Program-made: the position numbers and the translations under genes
The notes under the pieces: generated by a model
Seen by the model: the letters and a program-made list of their open reading frames with translations, nothing else
Databases searched by the model: none
What the model was told of the DNA's origin: nothing
Source of the DNA: Gemmatimonadales bacterium
GTDB lineage: Bacteria; Gemmatimonadota; Gemmatimonadetes; Gemmatimonadales; GWC2-71-9
Reading direction: 5' to 3'
Assembly (NCBI GenBank): GCA_035761145.1
Contig: DASTRQ010000171.1
Coordinates: 1 to 52,651, forward strand
DNA length: 52,651 bases
Shown here: positions 13,564 to 23,166 of the stretch, piece after piece
Layout of the letters: the number at the start of each line of letters is the position of its first letter
How positions within the stretch are numbered: the first letter of the stretch is position 1

Positions 13564-13637
13564 CCCTCCCTGACGTTGGATGCCGCTCCAGTGCGAGCCG
13601 GCCGGGGTGCCCGGGGTCTCGGGGGTCTCGGGCGCGG

Positions 13638-14921
13638 TCACGCGACCCTCCGCAGCCGGGCGCAGAAGGCGCCGTCGGTCCCGTGCACGTGGGGCAGGAG
13701 CGCGAGGTCGCCGGCGGCGGTGCGGCCGGCGAGTTCGGGGCCCGGCTCGCGCCGGAATCCGGGATGGTCGGCGAGGAAGCGCTCCACTTGTCCCTCGTTC
13801 TCCTCGGGTTCGATGGAACAGGTGGCGTACACCAGCAGCCCGCCGGGGCGCACCACCGTGGCCGCGCCGTGGAGCAGGGCCCGCTGCCGGGACACCACCA
13901 GCTCGAGCGCCCGCGGGTCCACCTTCCAGCGCGCGTCGGGATGGCGGGCGAAGGTGCCGGTGCCGAGGCAGGGGGCGTCGAGCAGGACCACGTCGCACGG
14001 TCGCACGGGCGGGGCGGCGGCATCGGCGGCGATGGGATGCTCCCTGCCGCTCCCGGCGCGGGCCAGGTTCTGCGTTAGGCGCCGCACCCGCGCCACGTTC
14101 CGGTCTCCCGCGATCACGCGGCCGGTGGCGCCGGCGGCGCGCCCGAGGGCGATGGTCTTGCCGCCGGGGGCGGCGCAGGCGTCATAGACCGTGGCCCCCT
14201 CGGGGACGTCGGCGTATCGGGCCACGAGCGCCTGCGCGGGATCCTGGACCACGAACCCTCCTTCCGCGAAGCCGGGGAGCGCCGTCGGCGTCCGGCCTTC
14301 GACCACGAGGCCCGCGCCGTAAGGGGCGGCGCGGACGTGGAGCCCCTCCTGGCGGAACGCCGCCTCGAGCTGGGCGGCGGACCAGCGCGCCGGCTGGACC
14401 ACGAGCGGGGGCGGGGTGTCGTTCCAGAGGAGGAGCTCCTTCGTCCCCTCGACCCCGAAACGCGCGTCCCACCGGAGCACGAGCCACGCCGGGTGCGACC
14501 GTCGCGATCCCGCCTCGCTCCCGGCAGGGGCCCCGCGCTCGGCCAGGCGCCGCAGCACCGCGTTGACGAAGCGCGCCGCGCGCTCCCCCGCCACTCGCTT
14601 GGCCAGCTCGGTGCTCGTGGAGACCGCCGCGTGGGCGGGCACCTTGTCGAGCTCGAGGAGCTGGTAGGCGCCGAGCCGGAGGACGTCGCGGAGCTTCGGG
14701 GCCACGCTCTCCCACCCGTGCTCGGTGAGCGGGGCGAGGGCGGTGTCGAGGTCGCCGCGCCGCCGCAGCACGCCGGCCGCCAGTTCGTGTGCCAGGCGGC
14801 GGTCCCGCTCGTCCAGCCCGTCCACCGCGCGGTCGCGCGCGGCGTCGAACGGGGCCCCGCGCGCCACCGAGGCCAGGATGCCGTACGCGGCGCGGCGTGC
14901 CGCGCTGTCGGGTCCGCTCAG
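13638..14921 (-). CDS. rsmB: 16S rRNA (cytosine967-C5)-methyltransferase
   Basis: NusB-like N-terminus (ARRAAYGILASV...) and methyltransferase motifs CAAPGGKT, DAPCLGTG, VYATCS. The only in-frame start candidate upstream of the conserved N-terminal helix and near the thiG stop is CTG 14921-14919 (CTGA overlap). Confidence 0.85.
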   Translation of the reverse strand: MSGPDSAARRAAYGILASVARGAPFDAARDRAVDGLDERDRRLAHELAAGVLRRRGDLDTALAPLTEHGWESVAPKLRDVLRLGAYQLLELDKVPAHAAVSTSTELAKRVAGERAARFVNAVLRRLAERGAPAGSEAGSRRSHPAWLVLRWDARFGVEGTKELLLWNDTPPPLVVQPARWSAAQLEAAFRQEGLHVRAAPYGAGLVVEGRTPTALPGFAEGGFVVQDPAQALVARYADVPEGATVYDACAAPGGKTIALGRAAGATGRVIAGDRNVARVRRLTQNLARAGSGREHPIAADAAAPPVRPCDVVLLDAPCLGTGTFARHPDARWKVDPRALELVVSRQRALLHGAATVVRPGGLLVYATCSIEPEENEGQVERFLADHPGFRREPGPELAGRTAAGDLALLPHVHGTDGAFCARLRRVA

Positions 14922-15715
14922 CCGAGCATCCCCCGCGTGGGGCTCGAGGGGACGGCCACCTCGCGCCGGGGCATCCGCCCCGCGAGGTACGCCGCGCGCC
15001 CCGCCTGCACGCCCCAGCGCATCGCCCACGCCATCGCCACCGGGTCGGCCGCCTCGGCGAGCGCGGTGTTCATCAGGATCCCGTCCACGCCCTGCTCCAT
15101 CGTGACGCACGCGTCGGAGGCGGTACCCACGCCCGCGTCCACGATCACCGGGACCGACAGCCGCGCCTTGATCGTGCGGATCGAGTACGGGTTGAGGAGC
15201 CCGAGTCCGCTGCCGATCGGTGAGGCGAGCGGCATCACCGCGACCGCCCCCGCCTCCTCGAGCCGGAGCGCGGTGATGAGGTCGTCGTTGGTGTACGCCA
15301 TCACCTTGAACCCCTCGGCCGCGAGGGTGCGCGTGGCCGCGAGGAGGCCCTGCGTGTCGGGCAGGAGGGTCTGCTGGTCGCCGATGACCTCGAGCTTCAC
15401 GAACTCGTTGAACCCCGCCTCGCGCGCGAGCCGCGCGTAACGGACCGCCTCGTCGGCGCTGTAGCAGCCGGCGGTGTTGGCGAGCAGGAAGAAGCGCTCG
15501 GGGTCGAGGTGATGCAGGATCCCCTCGGCCTTGGTACGGTCGAGGTCCACCCGCCGCACCGCCACGGTCACGACCTCGGCGCCCGAGGCGTCGAGCGCGG
15601 CCACCATCTCGGCGTTGGAGCGGTACTTCCCGGTCCCCACGAGGAGGCGGGAAGTGAACGAGCGACCCCCGATCACCAGGGGGGTGTCGAGGGTGGAAGC
15701 GGTCATGGTACCCAT
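14918..15715 (-). CDS. thiG: thiazole synthase
   Basis: FTSRLLVGTGKY..., TVAVRR..., and the ...PIGSG...NP... pattern of ThiG. 265 aa. Confidence 0.9.
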   Translation of the reverse strand: MGTMTASTLDTPLVIGGRSFTSRLLVGTGKYRSNAEMVAALDASGAEVVTVAVRRVDLDRTKAEGILHHLDPERFFLLANTAGCYSADEAVRYARLAREAGFNEFVKLEVIGDQQTLLPDTQGLLAATRTLAAEGFKVMAYTNDDLITALRLEEAGAVAVMPLASPIGSGLGLLNPYSIRTIKARLSVPVIVDAGVGTASDACVTMEQGVDGILMNTALAEAADPVAMAWAMRWGVQAGRAAYLAGRMPRREVAVPSSPTRGMLG

Positions 15716-15773
15716 ATCCTAAATGTAACAGGGACGGGGCCTTGCGCTGGGCCGCGAGGGGGCGGCCCGAGGG

Positions 15774-15977
15774 TCACCCCCCGCCCACGAAATGCACGAT
15801 CTCGAGGGTGTCCCCGGCCTGGACGGGGGTGGTGCCCAGCGCCGTCCGGCGGACGATGACGCGGTTCCGTTCGACCACGACCATCCGCGGGTCGAGCTCG
15901 AGGGACTGGAGGAGGGATTCGAGGGTGAGTCCCTCGGCCACGCTCCGGACGGCGCCGTTCACGGTGATCTCGATCAT
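15774..15977 (-). CDS. thiS: sulfur-carrier protein ThiS
   Basis: 67 aa starting MIEITVNG and ending in the obligatory C-terminal GG (HFVGGG). ATGA overlap with thiE. Confidence 0.85.
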   Translation of the reverse strand: MIEITVNGAVRSVAEGLTLESLLQSLELDPRMVVVERNRVIVRRTALGTTPVQAGDTLEIVHFVGGG

Positions 15978-16594
15978 GCGACCTCGCAGGCGTCGAGCAT
16001 CGCTCGGCCGGCGGCGTAGGGGTCCTCGGCCTCCCAGAGGGCGCGGATGGCGGCGACACCCCACGCCCCCGCGCCGCGGCACGCCGCGACGCGCTCCGGG
16101 GTGATGCCGCCGATCGCCACGACCGGCCGGCCCAGCGCCGCGGCCCGGCTGATGAGCTCGAGCCCCGCGGCGGGCCGGCCGGGGTGCGAGTCGGTGGGAT
16201 AGATGGCGCCCACCAGGAGGAAGTCGGCGCCTTCGTCCACCGCGGTGCGCGCCTCCGCCTCGCTGTGCACCGACCGCCCGACCCACCCGGGGCCGAGGAC
16301 GCGCCGCGCGTCGGCGGGGGCGAGGTCGCCGCCGCCGAGCTGGACGCCGTGGGCGCCGAGGGCGCGCGCCAGGTCGGGGCGGCCGTTCACGAACACCGCC
16401 GCCTCGGGGGGCGTGGCGAGCGCCACGAAGCGCCGTCCCTGGGTGGCGAGGGCGCTGGTCGTGGCGGCGTGGTCGCGGAGGTGGAGCGCCAGCGCCGGGC
16501 CGAGGGCGGCGAGCGCCGCCGCCTTGCGGCCGAGGTCGGGGTCGGCGAGCACGCGCGCGTCGGTGACGGCGTGGAGGCGGGGGAGGGGTCTCAC
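15974..16594 (-). CDS. thiE: thiamine-phosphate synthase
   Basis: LHAVTD..., LHLRD..., VGRSVHS... and AIGGI are TMP-synthase motifs. The GTG start overlaps the fmt stop (GTGA). Confidence 0.85.
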   Translation of the reverse strand: MRPLPRLHAVTDARVLADPDLGRKAAALAALGPALALHLRDHAATTSALATQGRRFVALATPPEAAVFVNGRPDLARALGAHGVQLGGGDLAPADARRVLGPGWVGRSVHSEAEARTAVDEGADFLLVGAIYPTDSHPGRPAAGLELISRAAALGRPVVAIGGITPERVAACRGAGAWGVAAIRALWEAEDPYAAGRAMLDACEVA

Positions 16595-17514
16595 CCGAAC
16601 CTCGGCAGCGGCGCGCCGCGGCGCCCCGCGCTCCAGGCGGTGGCGGTCATCCGCGCCTTCCCCGCGGGGGTGAGCGCGCGGAGGGCCACCGCCCCGGTGC
16701 CGCAGGCGATCACGATGCGGTCGCCGGCGCTCAGGACCTGGCCGGGCGCGCCACTCCCCTCGGCGGGGGTGACGGCATAGAGCTTGACCGGCTGCCCCTG
16801 CAGCAGCGTCCAGGCGCCGGGTTCCGGGTCGAAGGCGCGGATGGTGCGCGCGACCTGCGCCGCCTCGGCGGTCCAGTCCACGTGGGCCAGCTCGCGCCCG
16901 ATCTTGGGGGCGAGGGTGGCGGCCGCGTGGTCCTGCGGCCGGGGGCGCGCCGCGCCGGCGCCGAGCAGGGTGAGCGCGTCCACCAGCGCCTGCGCCCCGA
17001 GCTCGGCGAGCCGCGCGGTGAGCTCGCCGGCGGTCTCGTCGGGGGCGATGGGGGTGCGGGCGACGTGGAGCACCGGGCCGCTGTCGAGCCCCGCCTCCAT
17101 CTGCATGATCGAGACGCCGCTGACCTCGTCGCCGTTCAGGATGGCCCAGTTGATGGGCGCGGCGCCCCGGAGCTTCGGAAGGAGGGAGGCGTGCACGTTG
17201 ACCATCCCGAGCCGCGGCACCGCGAGGATCTCGGGGCGCAGGATGTGCCCGTACGCCACCACGACGCCGACGTCGGGGCGGTGGTGCTCGAGCGCGCGGC
17301 GGAAGACGTCGCCGGCGGGGCGTTCAGGCTGGAGGACCTCGAGGCCGGCGGCCTGCGCCGCGACCTTGACCGGCGGGGGGACGAGCGTGGAGCGGGAGCG
17401 GCCCTGGGGCCGGTCGGGTTGGGTGACGACCAGCGTCACCTCGAAGCGCTCGCGCAGGAGCGCCTGCAGCGACGGGACCGCGAACTCGGGGGTGCCGAAG
17501 AAGACGACCCGCAT
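16591..17514 (-). CDS. fmt: methionyl-tRNA formyltransferase
   Basis: MRVVFFGTPEFAV and HASLLPKLRGAAPI motifs. 307 aa. Confidence 0.92.
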   Translation of the reverse strand: MRVVFFGTPEFAVPSLQALLRERFEVTLVVTQPDRPQGRSRSTLVPPPVKVAAQAAGLEVLQPERPAGDVFRRALEHHRPDVGVVVAYGHILRPEILAVPRLGMVNVHASLLPKLRGAAPINWAILNGDEVSGVSIMQMEAGLDSGPVLHVARTPIAPDETAGELTARLAELGAQALVDALTLLGAGAARPRPQDHAAATLAPKIGRELAHVDWTAEAAQVARTIRAFDPEPGAWTLLQGQPVKLYAVTPAEGSGAPGQVLSAGDRIVIACGTGAVALRALTPAGKARMTATAWSAGRRGAPLPRFG

Positions 17515-18052
17515 CACTCCGGCCGGGCGGCCGGCTCGGCGGGGCGCGCCTGCACGGTGCCGGCGTCGGGGTGCTCGCGCTTGTACTTGGCGACGAGCAT
17601 CTGCCGCTTCATCGGCCCGAGGTGGTCGATGAAGAGGATGCCGTCGAGGTGGTCGATCTCGTGCTGCAGGGCGCGCGCGAGGAGCCCTTCGGCCTCGATG
17701 CGGATGGGCTGGCCCTCCTCGTCGAGCGCCTCGACCACCACGCGCGCGGGACGCCCCACCTCGGCGAAGAGGTCGGGGATGGAAAGGCACCCCTCCTCCT
17801 CGGCCTCGCGGGGGCCCGAGGTGCTCACCACCTTCGGGTTGATGATGGCGAAGCGCTGGTCGTCGGCGTCCACGACGGCCACGCGGGTGGCGACGCCCAC
17901 CTGGTTGGCGGCGAGCCCGACGCCCTTGTTGGCGTCCATCGTCTCGAAGAGGTCGGCCACGAACCGGCGCACCTCGTCGTCCACGCGCGCCACCTCCGGG
18001 CTCCGCTGGCGGAGCACGGGCGAGCCGAGGAGGTGGAGCGCGCGGACGGCCA

Positions 18053-18053
<1 letters not shown>
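17514..18053 (-). CDS. def: peptide deformylase
   Basis: GVGLAANQVG, EGCLS and QHEIDH metal-binding motifs. Confidence 0.93.
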
Positions 18054-19533
<1,480 letters not shown>

Positions 19534-19565
19534 TTAAGGGGGGCGGGCATCCCATGCACCGAAAG

Positions 19566-20028
19566 CCTTCGGCCTCAACTGGGAAGGACGAAGGGACGAC
19601 GTCACGGATGAAACGCCATGTGGTCCCAAGGCGAGATCCCGCCTTGAGACCACACCACCATCGTCCGTGCGTCCGCCCATCCGTGTCATCCGTGTTGAGG
19701 ACAGGCCAAGGGGTGTTGGGGTGCCCGCTTCCCAAGGGGGTGTCACTTCGCCCTCAACACGGATGTCACGGACCAACGAAGGCACGGAGAACTGACTGTG
19801 TGGTCCCAATGCGAGATCCCGCCTTGAGACCACACCACCATCGTCCGTGCGGCCGTCGATCCGTGCGATCCGTGTTGCGGGCCCGCCGATGGGGTGTTGG
19901 GGGGCTCGCTTCCCAAGGGATCACCGTTTCGGCCTCAACACGGAGGCCACGAACGGACGAAGGCACGGATGGAATGCTCTGTCCCACCGTTCCTTCGTCC
20001 TTCTCAGTTGATGTACCACTGGGGCGAT
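19566..20028. repeat. about 2.5 tandem copies of a ~180-bp nested palindromic repeat
   Basis: TTCGSCCTCAAC unit starts at 19568, 19747 and 19928 (periods 179 and 181 bp). Near-identical 34-nt central hairpins GTGGTCCCAAKGCGAGATCCCGCCTTGAGACCAC at 19620-19653 and 19800-19833, flanked by complementary CCTCAACACGGA.../...TCCGTGTTGAGG arms. Confidence 0.9.
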
Positions 20029-21069
20029 CTAGATGATCACCATCGCATCGCCATAGCTGTAGAACCGGTACCGCGCCTCGACCGCGTGCCGATAGGCCGC
20101 CATCGTGGTCTCGTACCCGGCGAACGCTGCCACGAGCATCAGCAGGGTGGAGCGGGGGAGGTGGAAATTGGTGATCAGGTGGTCGACCACCCGGAAGGCG
20201 TACGGGGGGCGGATGAAGATGTTCGTCTCCCGCCCCCCCGAAAGCACGCCACCCTTCCCGTCGGCGCTCGCTTCGAGGGTCCGCACCACCGTCGTCCCCA
20301 CCGCCCAGACCTTGGCCCCGCGCGCGCGGGCCTCCGCGATGGCCCGGCTCGTCGCCTCGGGGATCTCGAAGCGTTCCACGTGCATATGATGATCGGCCGG
20401 GTCTTCGGCCTCCACCGGCTTGAACGTCCCCGCACCCACCTCGAGATCGACGGTGGCGAACCGCACCCCGCGCCCCTTGAGCGCCTCGAGCGTCTGTGCG
20501 GTGAAATGCAGCCCGGCGGTCGGTGCCGCGACGCTCCCCTCGCGCTCGGCGTACACGGTCTGGTAGCGCTCCTCGTCGGCCGCGGTGGGGTCGCGCTCGA
20601 TGTACGGCGGCAGCGGCAGCCGGCCGTACGCCGCGATCGCCGCCTCGGCGCCGAGCCCCACGAAGCGCACCACGCGCGTCCCCTCGGCCAGGACCTCGAG
20701 CGTCTCGACCTCGCTGTCGGGGCCCAGGCGGATCCGCTTGCCGGGGCGGAGGGCGCTGCCGGGCCTCCCCATCGCCTCCCAGCTCCCGTCGGCGCGGGGA
20801 TGCAGCAGCAGCACCTCCGCCGGCGCGCCCGACGCCCGGGTGCCGAGGAGCCGCGCGTGACGCACCTTGGTGGTGTTGAGGACGAGGAGATCGCCGGCCG
20901 GGATCAGGTCGACGATCCGGTGGAACGCGCTGTCCTCGAGCGTGCCGCGTCCCTGCGCTCCTGCGTCCCTGCGGATCACCAGCAGCCGCGACGCCCCCCG
21001 TTCCGCGCTCGGCGTCTGGGCGACGAGGTCGGGGGGGAGGGTGTAGTCGTAGTCCGAGGTTCTCAGCAT
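20029..21069 (-). CDS. queA: S-adenosylmethionine:tRNA ribosyltransferase-isomerase
   Basis: YDYTLPPDLVAQ, AAPTAGLHFT and VGTT..R motifs. 346 aa. Confidence 0.92.
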   Translation of the reverse strand: MLRTSDYDYTLPPDLVAQTPSAERGASRLLVIRRDAGAQGRGTLEDSAFHRIVDLIPAGDLLVLNTTKVRHARLLGTRASGAPAEVLLLHPRADGSWEAMGRPGSALRPGKRIRLGPDSEVETLEVLAEGTRVVRFVGLGAEAAIAAYGRLPLPPYIERDPTAADEERYQTVYAEREGSVAAPTAGLHFTAQTLEALKGRGVRFATVDLEVGAGTFKPVEAEDPADHHMHVERFEIPEATSRAIAEARARGAKVWAVGTTVVRTLEASADGKGGVLSGGRETNIFIRPPYAFRVVDHLITNFHLPRSTLLMLVAAFAGYETTMAAYRHAVEARYRFYSYGDAMVII

Positions 21070-21088
21070 CGATCGTTGCGGCTCAACG

Positions 21089-21253
21089 TTTCGGCCTCAA
21101 CACGGAGGACATGGATGGACGGAGACACGAATGAAGAATACGTGGTCACAGGGCGAGATCTCACCTTGAGACCACAAGAGTGTCGTTCGTGCCTTCGTTG
21201 ATCCGTGGCCTCCCTGTTGAGGCCAAGCCCGTCATTGCAGTGATGCCCGCTTA
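21089..21253. repeat. fourth, diverged copy of the ~180-bp palindromic repeat
   Basis: TTCGGCCTCAACACGGAGG at 21090, central hairpin at 21142-21175, 3' arm CCCTGTTGAGGCC. The tail TGCCCGCTTAC abuts the ruvB stop codon. Confidence 0.85.
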
Positions 21254-22279
21254 CTTGAACAGCCCGTCCTGCCCTCCCGTCGGCGGTGGCGTCATCCCGA
21301 ACCGCTTGTACGCCTGCGCCGTGGCCACGCGGCCGCGCTGGGTGCGCTCCAGGAACCCCTGCTGGATGAGGTACGGCTCGTACACGTCCTCGAGGGTGCC
21401 GGCGTCCTCGCCCACCGCCACCGCGACGGTGCCGAGCCCGACCGGCCCGCCGCCGAACTTCTCGATGATGGTGGTGAGGATGCGGGCATCCATGTCGTCC
21501 AGGCCGAACTCGTCCACGTTGAGCCGGGCGAGCGCCTCGGCCGCCACCGGCGCGGTGATGGCACCGCCAGCGCGCACCTCGGCGTAGTCGCGCACCCGGC
21601 GCAGCAGCCGGTTGGCCACCCGCGGGGTGCCGCGGCTCCGCCGAGCGATCTCGGCGGCGCCGGCGGGCTCGATCGGCACGTTGAGGAGCGCGGCGGACCG
21701 GGTCACGATGGTGGCGAGGTCGTGCTCGGGGTAGAACGAGAGCCGCTCCACGATCCCGAAGCGCGCGCGCATCGGGGGGGTGAGGAGCCCGAAGCGCGTG
21801 GTGGCGCCGACGAGGGTGAAACGCTCGACCGCCATCGGCACGGTCTGGGCGTTGGGCCCGTCGGCGATGCGCACGTCCACCCGGAAATCCTCCATCGCGG
21901 GGTAGAGGAACTCCTCGAGCTGCGGGCGCAGGCGGTGGATCTCGTCGATGAAGAGGATGTCGCCGGGGCCGAGCGAGGTAAGGAGCCCCACCAGGTCGCC
22001 GGGGCGCTCGAGCACGGGGCCCGAGGTGGTGCGGAGCTGCACGCCCATCTCGCGCGCCAGGAGCATCGCGAGGGTGGTCTTGCCGAGGCCCGGGGGGCCG
22101 AAGAAGAGCAGGTGGTCGAGCGTCTCGCCGCGCTTCTTCGCCGCCTCCACCGCGATCGCCAGCGACTGGCGCACCTGCGCCTGCCCCACGAACTCGTCCA
22201 GCCGCGACGGCCGGAGCGCGGCGTCGCTGGTGGTCTCCTCGGGGAGCGCGTCGGGGGTGGTGATCTGGAGGCGGGACAT
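21251..22279 (-). CDS. ruvB: Holliday junction branch-migration helicase RuvB
   Basis: Walker [18 protein letters not shown], and a winged-helix C-terminus. Confidence 0.95.
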   Translation of the reverse strand: MSRLQITTPDALPEETTSDAALRPSRLDEFVGQAQVRQSLAIAVEAAKKRGETLDHLLFFGPPGLGKTTLAMLLAREMGVQLRTTSGPVLERPGDLVGLLTSLGPGDILFIDEIHRLRPQLEEFLYPAMEDFRVDVRIADGPNAQTVPMAVERFTLVGATTRFGLLTPPMRARFGIVERLSFYPEHDLATIVTRSAALLNVPIEPAGAAEIARRSRGTPRVANRLLRRVRDYAEVRAGGAITAPVAAEALARLNVDEFGLDDMDARILTTIIEKFGGGPVGLGTVAVAVGEDAGTLEDVYEPYLIQQGFLERTQRGRVATAQAYKRFGMTPPPTGGQDGLFK

Positions 22280-22288
22280 GGTCCTAAA

Positions 22289-22369
22289 GGTAAGCGGTGA
22301 GCGGTGAGCGGTGGGCGGGTGGAGCGGGAGGGGTCCCTCCCAAGCGCCCGCTCACTGCTGACCGCTCAC
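22289..22369. repeat. (GGTRRGC)4 heptamers plus complementary GCTCAC-rich arm (long hairpin)
   Basis: ggtaagc ggtgagc ggtgagc ggtgggc at 22289-22316. Central GGGAGGGGTCCCTCCC. The complementary CCGCTCACTGCTGACCGCTCAC at 22348-22369 recurs at 39573-39594. Confidence 0.9.
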
Positions 22370-22378
22370 GGCTCACTC

Positions 22379-22552
22379 TCAGCTCGCCAGCCGCGACTCC
22401 CACCGCACCGGCCGGGGGGCGGGGTGCACGACGTGCTTCGCCTTGCAGTTGACGCAGCGGTCGCTGGCCTCGGTGGCCTCGGCGGGCACGAGCTTGCGGT
22501 TGGTGGCGCCGCAGCGGGTGCAGGTCCATTCGGCGGTGGTGGCGGGGCGCAT
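22379..22552 (-). CDS. small zinc-ribbon protein (57 aa), not in the ORF track
   Basis: Hand translation: MRPATTAEWTCTRCGATNRKLVPAEATEASDRCVNCKAKHVVHPAPRPVRWESRLAS. Two CxxC pairs. Almost every codon ends in G/C, as in the flanking genes. ATG at 22552-22550, TGA at 22381-22379. Confidence 0.6.
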   Translation of the reverse strand: MRPATTAEWTCTRCGATNRKLVPAEATEASDRCVNCKAKHVVHPAPRPVRWESRLAS

Positions 22553-22555
22553 AGG

Positions 22556-22576
22556 GGTCGAGGGTCGAGGGTCGAG
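22556..22576. repeat. (GGTCGAG)3 heptamer array
   Basis: Fills the spacer between the ruvA stop (22579) and the small ORF start (22552). With flanking Gs it reads GGGG-tcga-GGG-tcga-GGG-tcga-GGG (22554-22578). Confidence 0.95.
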
Positions 22577-22578
22577 GG

Positions 22579-23166
22579 TCAGCGCTTGGCGAGCCGCTGG
22601 AGGGCGCGCTTCACGAGGGCGGTGGTCTCGTCCGGCGTGCCGGCGGTGAGCTCCGCGCGCACCGCCGTCTCCGCGTCGCGCGGGGGGTAGCCCAGGCTCA
22701 CGAGCGCCTTGATCGCGGCCTCGCCGGCGGGGAGGGGCGTCGCGGGGAGCTCGAGCGCCAGGTCGGCGAAGCGGTCGTGCAGCTCGATGACCATCTTCTC
22801 CGCCTTCTTCTTGCCGATGCCGCTCACCGTGGCGAGCGTGGCGACGTCCTTCCCCTGGAGGCTCTTCACCGTGCGCGCGGGCCCCAGGTGCGAGAGGATG
22901 GCGATGGCGAGCCGGGGCCCCACGCCGCTCGCGCCGAGGAGGCGCTGGAAGACGCTCCGCTCGGCGGGATCGTCGAAGCCGTAGAGCGCCCAGCCGTCCT
23001 CCTTCACCACGAGCTCGGTGAAGAGGTGCACCCGTTCCCCGGCGCGGGGCAGCCGCTCGTGCACGCCGAGGGGCACGGTGACGGCGTAGCCCACCCCTCC
23101 CGCGGTCTCGACGACCACGGTCTCGGTGTCGCGCGCGGTGAGGGTGCCGGTGACGGAGGCGATCAT
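22579..23166 (-). CDS. ruvA: Holliday junction DNA helicase RuvA
   Basis: MIASVTGTL..., GVGYAV..., helix-hairpin-helix GVGPRLA and GIGKKKAE. ATGA overlap with ruvC. Confidence 0.92.
   Translation of the reverse strand: MIASVTGTLTARDTETVVVETAGGVGYAVTVPLGVHERLPRAGERVHLFTELVVKEDGWALYGFDDPAERSVFQRLLGASGVGPRLAIAILSHLGPARTVKSLQGKDVATLATVSGIGKKKAEKMVIELHDRFADLALELPATPLPAGEAAIKALVSLGYPPRDAETAVRAELTAGTPDETTALVKRALQRLAKR

Noticed and set aside
13564-13998. Upstream in-frame extension of the PASTA ORF (track ORF 12799-13998) as a possible degenerate kinase domain.
   Set aside because: The extension is Arg/Pro/Gly-rich noise without any Hanks kinase motif (no GxGxxG, VAIK, HRD or DFG). It overlaps the 3' end of rsmB in another frame.
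15716-15773. TPP (THI-box) riboswitch in the thiS-thiG gap or upstream of thiE.
   Set aside because: The gap is only 58 bp, and I see no CUGAGA...ACCUGA core. thiE starts inside the fmt stop codon, so no leader exists.
19566-20028. CRISPR array hypothesis for the tandem ~180-bp units and for the heptamer arrays.
   Set aside because: The units are about 180 bp and are themselves long palindromes, with no unique spacers between short direct repeats. The heptamer arrays are only 21-40 bp. No cas genes are present in the window.
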